DNA from: Escherichia coli
Lineage (GTDB): Bacteria > Pseudomonadota > Gammaproteobacteria > Enterobacterales > Enterobacteriaceae
Length of the DNA stretch: 64,000 nucleotides
Reading direction: 5' to 3' (one strand)
Assembly: GCF_003018235.1 (NCBI RefSeq)
Contig: NZ_CP027437.1
The notes beneath the pieces were generated by a model, which was not told the DNA's origin, ran no database searches, and was given only the letters and a program-made list of their open reading frames with translations. Below are positions 46,610 through 61,171 of this stretch, piece after piece (the first letter of the stretch is position 1; every line of letters begins with the position of its first letter). A program made the position numbers and the translations under genes.

Positions 46610-47152
46610 ATGGAACAGCGTCGTTTGGCAAGTACTGAATGGGTGGATATTGTCAATGAAGAGAACGAAGTCATTGCACAAGCCAGCCGGGAACAAATGC
46701 GGGCACAGTGTCTGCGTCATCGTGCAACTTACATCGTCGTGCATGATGGCATGGGCAAAATTCTGGTCCAGCGTCGTACCGAGACAAAAGACTTTTTACC
46801 CGGCATGTTAGATGCGACCGCAGGCGGTGTAGTCCAGGCCGATGAGCAACTGCTGGAATCCGCGCGTCGCGAAGCGGAAGAAGAGTTGGGCATTGCCGGT
46901 GTCCCCTTTGCCGAGCACGGGCAGTTCTATTTCGAAGATAAAAATTGCCGTGTCTGGGGCGCGTTGTTCAGTTGCGTCTCTCACGGTCCCTTCGCCCTAC
47001 AGGAAGATGAAGTCAGTGAAGTTTGCTGGCTGACACCGGAAGAAATCACCGCACGCTGCGATGAGTTCACTCCAGACTCGCTGAAAGCGCTGGCGTTGTG
47101 GATGAAGCGCAATGCCAAAAATGAAGCCGTAGAGACTGAAACGGCAGAATGA
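46610..47152 (+). CDS. yfcD: Nudix hydrolase YfcD
   Basis: 180 aa; Nudix box region ([23 protein letters not shown]). Confidence 0.9.
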
Positions 47153-47180
47153 AAAAAGAGCCGCAATTGCGGCTCTTAAC
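47153..47180. terminator. Bidirectional rho-independent terminator between yfcD and yfcC
   Basis: AAAAAAGAGCCGCAATTGCGGCTCTT hairpin with A/T runs on both sides. Confidence 0.7.
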
Positions 47181-47184
47181 ATTT

Positions 47185-48705
47185 TTAGTGGTAGCCCATC
47201 AACTGAGCGCCGATCACTACGACGCTGGACATAATAAACAGCAGTCCAAGCAGGGTCGCGCCCACCTTCAGCCAGTTACGGAAGTCCACCCGGCACACAC
47301 CGAGCGTCGCCATTAACGAAGCTGAGGTCGGGTAAATGATGTGGCTGAAGCCATCACCAAACTGGAACGCCAGCACGGTAACCTGACGGTTAACACCGAC
47401 CAGATCGCCAAGCGGTGCCAGTAACGGCATGGTTAACGCCGCCTGACCAGAACCGGACGTCACGAAGAAATTAAATACTGCCTGGAAGAGCAACATAAAC
47501 CAGGCCGCGACCGCATTGTCCAGACCGCTAATGGCATTGGCAATGCTGTTGAGGATGGTATTTAACACGCTGGCATCACCCGCTTCACCATTACCGACCA
47601 GCAGCAAAATCCCTTTGGCGAAACCCACCAGCAGGGCAGGGGCGATCATCATTCGCGCCCCTTCGGTAAAGGATGAAGCCATGGTATTAACCGTCATGCC
47701 GTTAAGGCGGAAAACAACGCCGATGATGCCAATCACCAGACCCATGGTGAAGAACTGGCTGGCAATTTCTGGAATAAACCAGGCATTAACGATCACGCCC
47801 CAAATCACCCAGACCATTACGGCGGTCAGGACAATCAATACCAGCCAGTCACCAAAGGTAAACGGACGTTGTTCAACATCCGCCTGCTTTTCACGAAAGA
47901 AGCGGTCGGACTCATGCACGCGTGACAGAAGAGGATTCTTTTTCACTCGTGAGGCGTACACCATGGTAAAGATCAGGCCAATCAGAGTGGCGATAACCCA
48001 CACCACGATGCGCAACCCGGAGCCAGAAAGCACCGGAACGCCGGCAATCCCCTGAGCAACAACCACACAAAACGGGTTCATCCACGAACTGGCAAAACCG
48101 ATTTGCGTGGCGATATAGGTCACCAGGACGGTGGTAATACTGTCATAGCCCAGCCGGACCATTAGCGGTGCGATGATAATGGCAAAGGCGACGGCCTCTT
48201 CTCCCATACCAAATACCGCGCCGCCAAGTGAAAACAGAATAAACAGCGCAGGAATAAAGAGAATTTCATTCCCGCGGGTATGGCGAATAAGCGCCAGGAT
48301 ACCGTTATCAATGGTTCCTGTACGCATCACAATGCCAAACGCGCCGCCAATCACCAGCATAAACATGATGATGCCAACGGCTGTCCCGTATTTCGATCCT
48401 GAGGTTAACCCTTCAAACGGGAAGTTCATCAGGCCCGGGCGTTCATCGCCCGTCGTGAACAGCTGTACGCGGTGATACTCAGGTTCGCCTGCTTCGTTAG
48501 TCAGAATGCGAAAAGAGTGTGGATCTACGACTTTGCGAGTTTTTGTTTGACCATCAACCTGATACTGCACTTCCTGACTGTCAAACATCCCCACCGGAAC
48601 TACCCAGGTGGCAAGGCTGGTTAAAATAGCAACAAAAAAGATAATCACCAACGTATCGGGCATTGCCCATCTTCTTGTTGGTTTAGATTCAGTGATTGCG
48701 GACAT
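47185..48705 (-). CDS. yfcC: Putative transporter YfcC (C4-dicarboxylate-type permease family)
   Basis: About 506-aa polytopic membrane protein; the start at MSAITESKP… is inferred. Confidence 0.85.
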   Translation of the reverse strand: MSAITESKPTRRWAMPDTLVIIFFVAILTSLATWVVPVGMFDSQEVQYQVDGQTKTRKVVDPHSFRILTNEAGEPEYHRVQLFTTGDERPGLMNFPFEGLTSGSKYGTAVGIIMFMLVIGGAFGIVMRTGTIDNGILALIRHTRGNEILFIPALFILFSLGGAVFGMGEEAVAFAIIIAPLMVRLGYDSITTVLVTYIATQIGFASSWMNPFCVVVAQGIAGVPVLSGSGLRIVVWVIATLIGLIFTMVYASRVKKNPLLSRVHESDRFFREKQADVEQRPFTFGDWLVLIVLTAVMVWVIWGVIVNAWFIPEIASQFFTMGLVIGIIGVVFRLNGMTVNTMASSFTEGARMMIAPALLVGFAKGILLLVGNGEAGDASVLNTILNSIANAISGLDNAVAAWFMLLFQAVFNFFVTSGSGQAALTMPLLAPLGDLVGVNRQVTVLAFQFGDGFSHIIYPTSASLMATLGVCRVDFRNWLKVGATLLGLLFIMSSVVVIGAQLMGYH

Positions 48706-48894
48706 AGCGCAAATATTCCCTTGCACAAAACAAAGTGGTAAGTATGCAAATTGAGATGGCGCAATTCATTGATGCAGCGCAGTTAAGCAAGATAATCAGA
48801 AAGGATTAATGCAAATTAAGAGAATAAAAAACCGGAAATAGTGACTATTTCCGGTTCAGATATCCGCAGCGCAAAGCTGCGGATGATGACGAGA

Positions 48895-51039
48895 TTACTG
48901 CTGCTGCGCAGACTGAATCGCAGTCAGCGCGATGGTGTAGACGATATCGTCAACCAGTGCGCCACGGGACAGGTCGTTAACCGGTTTGCGCATACCTTGC
49001 AGCATCGGCCCGATGGAGATCAGGTCGGCAGAACGCTGTACCGCTTTGTAGGTGGTGTTACCGGTGTTCAGATCCGGGAAGATGAACACGGTAGCGCGAC
49101 CTGCAACCGGAGAGTTCGGCGCTTTGGATTTCGCAACGTCAGCCATTACCGCAGCGTCGTACTGCAGCGGACCGTCGATCATCAGGTCAGGACGTTTTTC
49201 CTGCGCCAGACGAGTTGCTTCGCGAACTTTTTCTACGTCGCTACCAGCACCAGAAGTCCCGGTGGAGTAGGAGAGCATAGCAACGCGCGGTTCGATACCG
49301 AAGGCCGCAGCGGAATCAGCGGACTGAATCGCGATTTCTGCCAGCTGTTCTGCGGTCGGATCCGGGTTGATCGCACAGTCACCGTAAACGTAAACCTGTT
49401 CTGGCAGCAGCATGAAGAACACGGAAGATACCAGGGAGCTGCCCGGAGCCGTTTTGATTAACTGCAGCGGCGGACGGATGGTGTTTGCGGTGGTGTGAAC
49501 AGCACCGGAAACCAGACCATCAACTTCATCCTGTTCCAGCATCAGCGTACCGAGAACCACGTTGTCTTCCAGCTGTTCGCGGGCAACGGTTTCGGTCATG
49601 CCTTTGTTCTTACGCAGTTCGACCAGACGACCAACATAGCTTTCGCGAACCACTTCTGGATCAACGATTTCAATGCCTGCACCCAGTTCTACACCCTGAG
49701 ACGCTGCAACACGGTTGATCTCTGCCGGATTACCCAGCAGTACGCAAGTTGCGATACCACGTTCAGCACAGATAGCGGCTGCTTTAACGGTACGCGGTTC
49801 GTCACCTTCCGGCAGAACGATACGTTTGCCCGCTTTGCGCGCAAGTTCAGTCAGCTGATAACGGAACGCTGGCGGAGACAGACGACGGCTGCGCTCAGAA
49901 GTGGCAGTCAGAGAATCGATCCAGTCAGCGTTGATGTAGTTAGCAACGTATTCCTGAACTTTCTCGATACGCTCGTGATCGTCAACCGGAACTTCCAGGT
50001 TGAAGCTCTGCAGGCTCAGAGAAGTCTGCCAGGTGTTGGTGTTCACCATAAATACCGGCAGGCCGGTAGCGAAAGCACGTTCGCACAGTTTAGAAATGCG
50101 CGCGTCCATTTCGTAGCCGCCAGTCAGCAGCAGGGCACCGATTTCTACGCCGTTCATGGCAGCCAGGCACGCGGCAACCAGCACGTCAGGACGGTCTGCG
50201 GAAGTCACCAGCAGAGAACCGGCACGGAAGTGCTCCAGCATGTGCGGAATGCTGCGTGCGCAGAAAGTGACGGATTTAACGCGGCGAGTATTGATGTCGC
50301 CTTCGTTGATGATGGTCGCATTCAGGTGGCGAGCCATATCGATCGCACGAGTCGCGATCAGGTCAAAGCTCCACGGCACAGCGCCGAGAACCGGCAGCGG
50401 GCTGGATTCTTGCAGCTTCGCCGGATCAACATTGTTTACTTTAGCTTTGGAAGAGTCGTCGAAAATCTCGGACAGATCCGGGCGAGTACGACCCTGTTCA
50501 TCAACCGGTGCGTTCAGTTTGTTAACGATAACGCCGGTGATGTTGGTGTTTTTGGCACCGCCGAAGCTGTTGCGGGTCAGTTCGATACGCTCTTTCAGCT
50601 GTTCCGGGGTGTCAGTGCCCTGAGACATAACGAAGACGATTTCCGCATTCAGCGTTTTAGCGATTTCGTAGTTCAGAGACTGGGCAAACTGGTGCTTACG
50701 TGTCGGGACCAGACCTTCAACCAGAACGACTTCAGCGTCTTTGGTGTTAGCGTGGTAGTTTGCGACGATCTCTTCCATCAGCACATCTTTCTGATTGCTG
50801 GAAAGCAGACCTTCAACGTAGCTCATTTTCAGCGGTTCAGCGGCCGTCGTGGTGGAAGAGTTAGCACGCACGATAGTCGTAGTCTGATCGGGCGCATCGC
50901 CACCGGTACGCGGCTGAGCGATAGGTTTGAAAACGCTCAGACGAACGCCTTTGCGTTCCATTGCACGGATCACGCCAAGGCTGACGCTAGTCAGACCGAC
51001 GCTGGTTCCGGTAGGGATCAGCATAATAATACGGGACAC
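48895..51039 (-). CDS. pta: Phosphate acetyltransferase
   Basis: 714 aa; [32 protein letters not shown]… N-terminus. Confidence 0.97.
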   Translation of the reverse strand: MSRIIMLIPTGTSVGLTSVSLGVIRAMERKGVRLSVFKPIAQPRTGGDAPDQTTTIVRANSSTTTAAEPLKMSYVEGLLSSNQKDVLMEEIVANYHANTKDAEVVLVEGLVPTRKHQFAQSLNYEIAKTLNAEIVFVMSQGTDTPEQLKERIELTRNSFGGAKNTNITGVIVNKLNAPVDEQGRTRPDLSEIFDDSSKAKVNNVDPAKLQESSPLPVLGAVPWSFDLIATRAIDMARHLNATIINEGDINTRRVKSVTFCARSIPHMLEHFRAGSLLVTSADRPDVLVAACLAAMNGVEIGALLLTGGYEMDARISKLCERAFATGLPVFMVNTNTWQTSLSLQSFNLEVPVDDHERIEKVQEYVANYINADWIDSLTATSERSRRLSPPAFRYQLTELARKAGKRIVLPEGDEPRTVKAAAICAERGIATCVLLGNPAEINRVAASQGVELGAGIEIVDPEVVRESYVGRLVELRKNKGMTETVAREQLEDNVVLGTLMLEQDEVDGLVSGAVHTTANTIRPPLQLIKTAPGSSLVSSVFFMLLPEQVYVYGDCAINPDPTAEQLAEIAIQSADSAAAFGIEPRVAMLSYSTGTSGAGSDVEKVREATRLAQEKRPDLMIDGPLQYDAAVMADVAKSKAPNSPVAGRATVFIFPDLNTGNTTYKAVQRSADLISIGPMLQGMRKPVNDLSRGALVDDIVYTIALTAIQSAQQQ

Positions 51040-51113
51040 GGTTTATCCTCTTTCGTTACCGCCGATTTGGCGGGTTACAAAACAGCACCGCCAGCTGAGC
51101 TGGCGGTGTGAAA

Positions 51114-52316
51114 TCAGGCAGTCAGGCGGCTCGCGTCTTGCGCGATAACCAGTTCTTCGTTGGTTGGGATAACCACCGCAGGACGGGTACCTTCTTTGTT
51201 GATGAAACCAGATTTGCCGAAACGTGCAGCCAGGTTGCGTTCATGATCAACTTCAAAGCCCAGCACGCCCAGTTTGCCCAGAGACAGCTCACGAACCATC
51301 GCGGCATTTTCACCGATACCACCGGTGAATACAACAGCGTCCAGACGACCATCCATCAGCGCAGTGTAGGCACCGATGTATTTCGCCAGGCGGTGGCAGT
51401 AAACGTCCATTGCGCGCTTCGCATCTTCTTTCGTCGCGTAGTTGTCTTCAACATAGCGGCAGTCGCTGGTCACTTCGGTCAGACCCAGCAGGCCAGACTC
51501 TTTGGTCAGCAGTTTGTTGATTGCGTCAACGCTCATGCCCAGGGTGTCGTGCAGGTGGAAGATGATCGCCGGATCGATATCACCAGAACGGGTACCCATG
51601 ACCAGACCTTCCAGCGGGGTCAGGCCCATAGAGGTGTCAACGCATTTACCGTTGCGGATAGCAGAAACGGAACCACCGTTGCCCAGGTGGCAGGTGATGA
51701 TGTTCAGTTCTTCTACCGGTTTGTTCAGCATTTTTGCCGCTTCCTGGGTTACATAGAAGTGGCTGGTGCCGTGCGCGCCGTAACGACGGATGCCGTGCTC
51801 TTTGTACAGGTTGTACGGCAGGGCGTAGAGGTAAGACTCTTCCGGCATAGTCTGGTGGAACGCGGTGTCAAATACAGCAACGTTTTTGTCTTTCAGCTGT
51901 GGGAAAGATTTCAGAGCTTCTTCGATACCGATCAGGTGAGCCGGGTTGTGCAGCGGTGCAAAAGAAGCTGCATCTTTGATACCCTGAATAACAGACTCAT
52001 CGATCACTACGGAGCTGGTATACTTTTCGCCGCCGTGTACGATACGGTGACCGATAGCAGTCAGCTGCGCAGACAGTTCTGGTTTTTGTGCCAGAATAGT
52101 ATTAACGATAAAGTTGAGCGCTTCGCTGTGAGCGGCGCCTGCACCTAAAGCCGCTTCCTGTTTATTGCCGTCCATTTTCCATTTGATACGTGCTTCGGGC
52201 AGGTGGAAACATTCGGCTAAACCAGAAAGGTACTCTTCACCATTTACTGCATCGATGATGGCAAATTTCAGTGAAGAACTACCGCAGTTCAGAACCAGTA
52301 CTAACTTACTCGACAT
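51114..52316 (-). CDS. ackA: Acetate kinase
   Basis: 400 aa; [20 protein letters not shown]… N-terminus. Confidence 0.97.
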   Translation of the reverse strand: MSSKLVLVLNCGSSSLKFAIIDAVNGEEYLSGLAECFHLPEARIKWKMDGNKQEAALGAGAAHSEALNFIVNTILAQKPELSAQLTAIGHRIVHGGEKYTSSVVIDESVIQGIKDAASFAPLHNPAHLIGIEEALKSFPQLKDKNVAVFDTAFHQTMPEESYLYALPYNLYKEHGIRRYGAHGTSHFYVTQEAAKMLNKPVEELNIITCHLGNGGSVSAIRNGKCVDTSMGLTPLEGLVMGTRSGDIDPAIIFHLHDTLGMSVDAINKLLTKESGLLGLTEVTSDCRYVEDNYATKEDAKRAMDVYCHRLAKYIGAYTALMDGRLDAVVFTGGIGENAAMVRELSLGKLGVLGFEVDHERNLAARFGKSGFINKEGTRPAVVIPTNEELVIAQDASRLTA

Positions 52317-52653
52317 GGAAGTACCTATAATTGATACGTGGCTAAAAAAACGTCAGGGAGCCATAGAGCGTAGCGCATGATGACACCGACATTTATGATT
52401 AACATCATGCACTGCAAATTTTTTTTGCATGATGGAAGAAATATCTTGAGTCTATGCCATTTTGCGTAATTTTCAGCCAATGGCATAATGTATATGAATT
52501 TGACGACTCAATGAATATGTACTACTTAGGCCTTCAGGCTGCTAAAGGATACCTGATAGTGGGTATGGAAGACAAAATGTTTTGAACGTTGTCCCGCTGA
52601 GTTGTGAATTTGCACAAATTTTTGAATCTTTATATGTGAAGTTGAGGTGAAGC

Positions 52654-53109
52654 ATGTCAACGCCGGATAATCGTTCTGTTAATTTTTTTAGCTTGTTTCG
52701 CCGGGGACAGCATTACTCAAAGACGTGGCCGCTGGAAAAACGCCTTGCCCCGGTCTTTGTCGAAAATCGCGTTATCAAGATGACGCGTTATGCGATCCGT
52801 TTTATGCCGCCGATCGCCGTATTTACTCTCTGCTGGCAGATTGCCCTGGGCGGTCAGCTTGGGCCGGCAGTTGCCACTGCGCTGTTCGCCTTAAGTTTAC
52901 CCATGCAGGGATTGTGGTGGCTGGGCAAGCGTTCTGTAACGCCATTACCCCCTGCTATCCTTAACTGGTTTTATGAAGTTCGCGGTAAATTGCAGGAGTC
53001 TGGACAGGTGTTGGCACCCGTTGAAGGCAAGCCTGATTACCAGGCATTAGCTGACACGCTTAAGCGCGCCTTCAAACAACTGGATAAAACTTTCCTTGAT
53101 GATTTGTAA
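52654..53109 (+). CDS. yfbV: UPF0208 membrane protein YfbV
   Basis: 151 aa; transcribed divergently from ackA. Confidence 0.85.
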
Positions 53110-53113
53110 TTGA

Positions 53114-53686
<573 letters not shown>

Positions 53687-53696
53687 GGAGGTCCGC

Positions 53697-54347
53697 GTGC
53701 GGTGCAAAGGTTTTCTGTTTGATCTTGATGGAACGCTGGTGGATTCCCTGCCTGCGGTAGAGCGGGCGTGGAGCAACTGGGCCAGACGTCATGGGTTAGC
53801 GCCGGAAGAGGTGCTGGCTTTCATTCACGGTAAACAGGCGATCACCTCTCTGCGCCATTTTATGGCGGGCAAATCCGAGGCTGATATTGCCGCCGAGTTT
53901 ACGCGTCTGGAGCACATCGAGGCCACGGAAACCGAGGGTATTACCGCGCTTCCGGGGGCAATCGCCTTACTCAATCATTTGAATAAAGCAGGTATTCCGT
54001 GGGCCATTGTGACTTCTGGCTCCATGCCGGTAGCGCGAGCGCGCCATAAAGTAGCTGGGCTTCCCGCACCAGAGGTGTTTGTAACCGCTGAGCGAGTGAA
54101 GCGCGGAAAACCAGAACCAGATGCGTATCTGTTAGGCGCGCAGCTGCTGGGGCTTGCGCCGCAGGAGTGTGTGGTGGTGGAAGATGCTCCCGCTGGCGTG
54201 CTTTCTGGCCTGGCGGCGGGTTGTCATGTCATTGCGGTTAACGCTCCGGCAGATACCCCGCGCCTGAGTGAGGTCGATTTGGTCCTCCACAGTCTGGAGC
54301 AAATTACTGTGACCAAACAGCCAAATGGCGATGTTATTATTCAGTGA
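53697..54347 (+). CDS. yfbT: HAD-family sugar phosphatase YfbT
   Basis: 216 aa; HAD motif I FDLDGTLVDS. Confidence 0.9.
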   Translation: MRCKGFLFDLDGTLVDSLPAVERAWSNWARRHGLAPEEVLAFIHGKQAITSLRHFMAGKSEADIAAEFTRLEHIEATETEGITALPGAIALLNHLNKAGIPWAIVTSGSMPVARARHKVAGLPAPEVFVTAERVKRGKPEPDAYLLGAQLLGLAPQECVVVEDAPAGVLSGLAAGCHVIAVNAPADTPRLSEVDLVLHSLEQITVTKQPNGDVIIQ

Positions 54348-54365
54348 AACACCTGATCATGATTT

Positions 54366-54390
54366 AGCCCCGTCTCGTCGGGGCTTTTTT
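54366..54390 (+). terminator. Rho-independent terminator after yfbT
   Basis: AGCCCCGTCTCGTCGGGGCT followed by TTTTTT. Confidence 0.75.
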
Positions 54391-54433
54391 ATGGCAGAAT
54401 CAAGTCATCCCCCTCAATTAACAAGGATAAGTT

Positions 54434-56266
54434 GTGAACGGTGAATTGATTTGGGTTCTTTCATTATTGGCCGTTGCCATCGTCTTGTTTGCGACGGGCA
54501 GAGTGCGTATGGATGCGGTCGCTTTGTTTGTTATTGTCGCGTTTGCATTAAGCGGAACGCTGACGGTCCCCGAAGTATTTTCCGGCTTTTCCGATCCTAA
54601 CGTTGTCCTGATTGCCGCCTTGTTTATTATTGGCGATGGTTTGGTCCGTACCGGTGTTGCCACTGTAATGGGGACATGGCTGGTCAAAGTGGCGGGCAAC
54701 AGTGAAATCAAAATGTTGGTTTTGTTGATGCTGACCGTCGCGGGGCTTGGCGCGTTTATGAGTTCAACCGGCGTTGTCGCTATCTTTATTCCCGTGGTGT
54801 TAAGCGTTGCCATGCGTATGCAAACGTCGCCGTCGCGTCTGATGATGCCGTTAAGTTTTGCCGGGCTGATAAGCGGCATGATGACGCTGGTGGCGACGCC
54901 GCCGAACCTGGTAGTCAACAGTGAATTGCTGCGTGAAGGCTATCACGGCTTCAGTTTCTTTAGCGTAACACCTATTGGCCTGGTCGTGCTGGTGCTGGGT
55001 ATTTTGTATATGTTAGTGATGCGTTTCATGCTGAAAGGGGATACCCAGACCCCGCAGCGCGAAGGCTGGACGCGTCGAACCTTTCGCGATCTTATCCGTG
55101 AATATCGACTGACCGGGCGTGCGCGACGTCTGGCTATTCGCCCCGGATCGCCAATGATTGGTCAACGGCTGGACGATCTCAAATTACGTGAGCGTTATGG
55201 CGCTAACGTCATCGGTGTTGAACGCTGGCGGCGTTTTCGTCGCGTTATCGTGAACGTTAATGGGGTTTCTGAATTTCGCGCGCGTGACGTTTTGCTTATT
55301 GATATGTCTGCGGCTGATGTCGATCTCCGGCAATTTTGTAGTGAGCAGTTGCTGGAGCCGATGGTACTACGCGGCGAGTATTTTTCTGACCAGGCACTTG
55401 ATGTGGGCATGGCAGAGATTTCATTAATTCCTGAGTCTGAACTGATTGGTAAATCGGTGCGCGAAATTGGTTTTCGTACCCGCTACGGACTGAATGTGGT
55501 GGGGCTAAAGCGCAATGGCGAGGCGCTGGAAGGTTCGCTGGCGGATGAGCCTCTGCTGCTGGGCGATATCATCCTGGTTGTGGGTAACTGGAAACTGATC
55601 GGTATGCTGGCCAAACAGGGCCGCGACTTCGTAGCGCTGAACTTACCGGAAGAGGTGAGTGAAGCATCGCCCGCGCACAGCCAGGCACCCCATGCGATTT
55701 TCTGTCTGGTGCTAATGGTGGCGTTAATGCTGACCGATGAAATTCCTAATCCTGTTGCCGCTATCATCGCCTGCCTGCTGATGGGGAAATTCCGCTGTAT
55801 CGATGCTGAAAGCGCCTATAAATCCATACACTGGCCGAGCATTATTTTGATCGTTGGGATGATGCCGTTTGCTGTGGCATTACAGAAAACGGGAGGTGTC
55901 GCGCTGGCGGTGAAAGGGCTGATGGACATTGGCGGCGGTTATGGGCCACATATGATGCTGGGTTGTTTGTTTGTCTTGTCGGCGGTTATTGGGCTATTTA
56001 TCTCTAATACCGCAACGGCGGTGTTGATGGCTCCGATTGCCCTGGCTGCTGCCAAAACGATGGGTGTGTCGCCTTATCCATTTGCGATGGTCGTGGCGAT
56101 GGCAGCATCCGCCGCCTTTATGACGCCGGTTTCTTCACCGGTTAACACACTGGTTTTAGGTCCGGGAAATTACAGCTTCAGTGACTTTGTGAAGTTGGGG
56201 GTACCGTTCACCATTATCGTGATGGCGGTTTGTGTGGTGATGATCCCGATGCTGTTTCCGTTTTGA
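54434..56266 (+). CDS. yfbS: Putative transporter YfbS (permease with central TrkA-C-like domains)
   Basis: 610-aa membrane protein with a central soluble region; synteny. Confidence 0.85.
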   Translation: MNGELIWVLSLLAVAIVLFATGRVRMDAVALFVIVAFALSGTLTVPEVFSGFSDPNVVLIAALFIIGDGLVRTGVATVMGTWLVKVAGNSEIKMLVLLMLTVAGLGAFMSSTGVVAIFIPVVLSVAMRMQTSPSRLMMPLSFAGLISGMMTLVATPPNLVVNSELLREGYHGFSFFSVTPIGLVVLVLGILYMLVMRFMLKGDTQTPQREGWTRRTFRDLIREYRLTGRARRLAIRPGSPMIGQRLDDLKLRERYGANVIGVERWRRFRRVIVNVNGVSEFRARDVLLIDMSAADVDLRQFCSEQLLEPMVLRGEYFSDQALDVGMAEISLIPESELIGKSVREIGFRTRYGLNVVGLKRNGEALEGSLADEPLLLGDIILVVGNWKLIGMLAKQGRDFVALNLPEEVSEASPAHSQAPHAIFCLVLMVALMLTDEIPNPVAAIIACLLMGKFRCIDAESAYKSIHWPSIILIVGMMPFAVALQKTGGVALAVKGLMDIGGGYGPHMMLGCLFVLSAVIGLFISNTATAVLMAPIALAAAKTMGVSPYPFAMVVAMAASAAFMTPVSSPVNTLVLGPGNYSFSDFVKLGVPFTIIVMAVCVVMIPMLFPF

Positions 56267-56271
56267 CAAGA

Positions 56272-56311
56272 GCCTGATGTCGCATCCGGCGCTTATTGCC
56301 TGATGCGACGC
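56272..56311. repeat. REP-like palindromic element after yfbS
   Basis: GCCTGATGTCGCATCCGGCGCTTATTGCCTGATGCGACGC. Confidence 0.6.
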
Positions 56312-56324
56312 AGACTCCGGCTGC

Positions 56325-56924
56325 TTACAGCGGTGAATCCTGGCTAATCTCATCGAGCGAAAGATGGAAGCTGGGAACAAAGACTTCCATGAAGTAGTCC
56401 ATCTCCTGGCTGCGGCGCGCTTCAAGCGTCGCTTCCAGTCGCGTTTTTGCCAGCAAGAATTCATTATTTCCCGCCGCGAGTTCTTCCAGACATTTCAGAT
56501 ATGCACACAGTGCATCTGCCTGTTTCACCAGCGATTTTTCTTCATCGCTATATGCATGCTCGTCAATTAACGGCGCAAAGATATCCCGCAGCTCTTCCGG
56601 AACCATATCGACCAGTTTTTGTTGAGCGATTTTTTCAATAGCCTTGTATTCCTGAGCGATTTGCGAATTGAAGTATTTCACCGGAGTAGGGAGATCGCCG
56701 GTAAGCACTTCTGAGGCATCGTGGTACATCGCCAGTAAAGCGATACGTTCGGCGTTGACATTACCGCCAAATTTCCGATTTTTGATAGCTGCCAGCGCAT
56801 GGGCGACCATCGCTACCTGCAAACTGTGTTCGGACACATTTTCCGTCCGCACGTTGCGCATTAGCGGCCAGCGGTTAATGAGTTTCAGGCGGGAGAGATG
56901 GGCAAAAAAATGGCTCTGTTTCAT
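56325..56924 (-). CDS. yfbR: 5'-deoxynucleotidase YfbR (HD domain)
   Basis: 199 aa; HD motif in [14 protein letters not shown]…. Confidence 0.9.
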
Positions 56925-57007
56925 AGTGACCTTACGTATGATGACATCATCAGGTCATTGTGGCGGGATAACACTGCCGGATGCAATCTCCGGCAGTGAA
57001 ATTAAGA

Positions 57008-58225
57008 TTACAGCTGATGATAACCAGAAAGGAAACGCGCGAACTTACTCAAAGACAGCTCGATATCATCGACACGCGGTAGCGTGACAATGCGGAAGTG
57101 ATCCGGCCACGGCCAGTTGAATGCCGTCCCTTGCACCAACAGAACTTTTTCCTGCAACAGGAAATCCAGCACCATTTTCTGATCGTCGTGAATATTAAAG
57201 CGTTTGGCGTCGATTTTCGGGAACATGTACAGCGCACCGCGCGGTTTCACGCAGGAAACGCCCGGAATATCGTTGATCAATTCCCACGCGCGGTTACGCT
57301 GCTCATAAAGACGCCCGCCGGGAGTAATAAATTCACTGATGCTCTGATAACCGCCTAGTGCAGTCTGAATGGCGTGTTGCGCAGGAACGTTAGCACACAG
57401 GCGCATTGAGGCCAGCATTTCCAGACCTTCGATGTAACCTTTGGCGTGTTTTTTCGGCCCGTTCAACACCATCCACCCCTGACGGAAGCCAGCAACGCGG
57501 TACGTTTTCGACAGTCCGTTAAAGGTAATAGTCAGCAGATCAGGTGCCAGCGGCGCAATTGAGTGATGCTCAGCGTCGTCGTAGAGAATTTTGTCATAAA
57601 TTTCATCGGCGAAGATAATGAGATTATGCTGACGTGCAATCTCCACTATCTCCATTAAAAGCTCTTTGGAATATACCGCGCCAGTTGGGTTATTTGGGTT
57701 GATAATAACGATCCCACGCGTACGAGGCGTAATTTTAGCGCGAATATCATCAAGGTCCGGGAACCAGTCAGAGGATTCATCGCAAAGATAATGCACCGCT
57801 TTACCGCTGGAGAGCGAAACCGCCGCGGTCCATAGTGGGTAATCAGGTGCAGGAACCAACATTTCGTCGCCGCTGTTCAGCAATGCCTGCATTGCCTGAA
57901 CGATAAGCTCCGATACACCATTGCCGATGTAAATATCTTCCACGGTAACATCACGCATGCCACGAGCCTGGTAGTGCTGCATGATGGCTTTACGCGCGGA
58001 GTAAAGCCCTTTGGAATCGCAATACCCTTGAGCGGTAGGCAGGTTGCGAATCACGTCAACGAGGATTTCATCTGGCGCGTCAAAACCGAACGGGGCAGGG
58101 TTGCCGATGTTCAGTTTCAGTACCTTGTTACCTTCTTCTTCCAGGCGTTTTGCTTCTTTCAGCACCGGACCACGGATGTCGTAACAGACATTCTCTAATT
58201 TGCTGGATTTTTCAATGGGGGACAT
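57008..58225 (-). CDS. alaA: Glutamate-pyruvate aminotransferase AlaA
   Basis: 405-aa class I aminotransferase; PLP-lysine region (FNGLSKTYRVAGFRQGW). Confidence 0.92.
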   Translation of the reverse strand: MSPIEKSSKLENVCYDIRGPVLKEAKRLEEEGNKVLKLNIGNPAPFGFDAPDEILVDVIRNLPTAQGYCDSKGLYSARKAIMQHYQARGMRDVTVEDIYIGNGVSELIVQAMQALLNSGDEMLVPAPDYPLWTAAVSLSSGKAVHYLCDESSDWFPDLDDIRAKITPRTRGIVIINPNNPTGAVYSKELLMEIVEIARQHNLIIFADEIYDKILYDDAEHHSIAPLAPDLLTITFNGLSKTYRVAGFRQGWMVLNGPKKHAKGYIEGLEMLASMRLCANVPAQHAIQTALGGYQSISEFITPGGRLYEQRNRAWELINDIPGVSCVKPRGALYMFPKIDAKRFNIHDDQKMVLDFLLQEKVLLVQGTAFNWPWPDHFRIVTLPRVDDIELSLSKFARFLSGYHQL

Positions 58226-59141
58226 GAATCTTGACCTTTTTTGCTGTTATCGCCACTCCCTGCCGTGGAAGTCAGCTTAGAACAATGTACTCCCCCAGGA
58301 CGGCGTTTTGAAGGTCTGCAGAATAAGATTTTGCCAGAGGGGAAGACTCGATTGTGCTGTTAATAACTTAATAATGGCAAAATAATGAGGTGTATATGCT
58401 TAGTAATTAATGTTATGTAGTGAATTGTTCTGATTCTTAATTGTGAGTGTGGTTTTTTTATCTGTAAGATAATTGTTTGAAAATGCCTCGTTTAAGAATT
58501 CACTAATGAATCGTGATGATGATATTTCCGCATTACGGAGAGTTTAACAGCGTGATGATTTCCGAGGTGTCGTAATGGGTGCAAGGTGTGAAACTATTGT
58601 TAAGCGGGATTAATGTATGAGGATGATGCTAATTAATTATTATTTAATATTCAAAAAGGTTTTGTTGTGCTTATTAATAATAGAAGATTACTTTGCCTAA
58701 CATAACATAACTTTGCATCAGATAATTCGCAATGACCCTTATAAATAAAAGGTTTTTGGGGTAAAATGCTCGCATAAATGACGGATCCCTGCTCTTGATG
58801 CCGCCTCACCATTGCTGTTTGTACGTGTTCGCGTATGACCAGCGATGCTGCACGAGAGTGGAACAAGGACTCACATTTACATTTATACAAACACGCGCAT
58901 GTCATAAATACAAAAGAGTGAGTAACTTAATAGATATGCGATTCCTGAAGATATATTCTGTGATCTACTTCAGGCATTATAACGGAACAATGTGAGTCGC
59001 TTTTTTAGTGCAACTCATATGCATTTTTACTTTCGTCCGGGTTCCGGATGAAACTGCCAGGGAGGCACATTACAAATGGAATTGCTTGTTTGTGTGTGCA
59101 CAGCATTAACCAGCTCAGTATGAGCCGCCAGTAAGTGATAA

Positions 59142-60083
<942 letters not shown>

Positions 60084-60127
60084 TCGACGGACCATAGATA
60101 ATTTCTGAGACAATAGTGTAAAAACGA

Positions 60128-60165
60128 GCCGCTGGGGGTGTTTTAAACCCCAGCGGCTTTTTTTT
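60128..60165 (+). terminator. Rho-independent terminator after lrhA
   Basis: GCCGCTGGGGGTGTTTTAAACCCCAGCGGC followed by TTTTTTTT. Confidence 0.8.
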
Positions 60166-60712
60166 AGTAAAAAGCCTTCCTCGTATCGTGCAGAACGTAC
60201 AAAACTGTTCATTTTTCAATCACCAGAGATTCACGTCCCGAACGCACAAATAATCGCCTGAAAAAAATCACCTGCTACAATGATGTTAAAAAATACGTAA
60301 ATTTGTTGCTGCGTTTTTGTTATGGAATGACAAAAGCGTGTCACAGATCAAGAAAATACTCTCTTTTGGGGGGAGGAATCGACACAAATTCCTGTCAAAA
60401 TAGACCCGTATTTTTTCCATTGCTTCACAACGGACACGATTCAACAACATCTAATTATCCTGGAGTCGTCAAGGATCTGGGGTGAAAGGGCATCAAATGC
60501 TAATGGTGTTGATATTATGTAAACTAATGTGAAGAAACTTTTGTTAAAGTTGACAAAAGGTTATAGAAAGGAGTAAAAGACCACATCAATTAGCTGTATA
60601 AAAGAATTTCTACAGTGATTGTAAGGTTTTTTTTATTCCTCCCCATGAATCGATGTGGCGTCCATCTGCCGTGAAGAGCAGTGAATCTGGCGCTACTTTT
60701 GATGAGTAAGCA

Positions 60713-61156
60713 ATGAGTATGTCAACATCCACTGAAGTCATCGCTCATCACTGGGCATTCGCTATCTTTCTTATCGTTGCCATTGGCCTGTGTTGCCTGA
60801 TGCTGGTAGGCGGTTGGTTTTTAGGCGGTCGCGCACGCGCAAGGTCGAAAAACGTGCCGTTTGAATCCGGTATCGACTCGGTCGGCTCCGCCCGCTTACG
60901 CCTGTCCGCCAAGTTTTATCTGGTGGCCATGTTCTTCGTTATCTTCGACGTTGAAGCGCTGTATCTGTTCGCATGGTCAACCTCTATCCGCGAAAGCGGC
61001 TGGGTAGGCTTTGTGGAAGCTGCAATTTTTATTTTTGTGTTACTGGCAGGTCTGGTTTATCTGGTGCGTATTGGCGCGCTGGACTGGACGCCCGCGCGTT
61101 CACGCCGCGAGCGTATGAACCCGGAAACGAACAGTATCGCTAATCGTCAACGCTAA
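60713..61156 (+). CDS. nuoA: NADH-quinone oxidoreductase subunit A
   Basis: 147-aa membrane protein; first gene of the nuo operon. Confidence 0.95.
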
Positions 61157-61171
61157 CCGCGAGGCATTAAG

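Noticed and set aside
60084-60712. Long intergenic region between lrhA and nuoA containing a 60-aa ORF (60303..60485)
   Set aside because: This is the expected position of the nuo operon promoter and regulatory region; the ORF has no ribosome-binding site or conservation signal.
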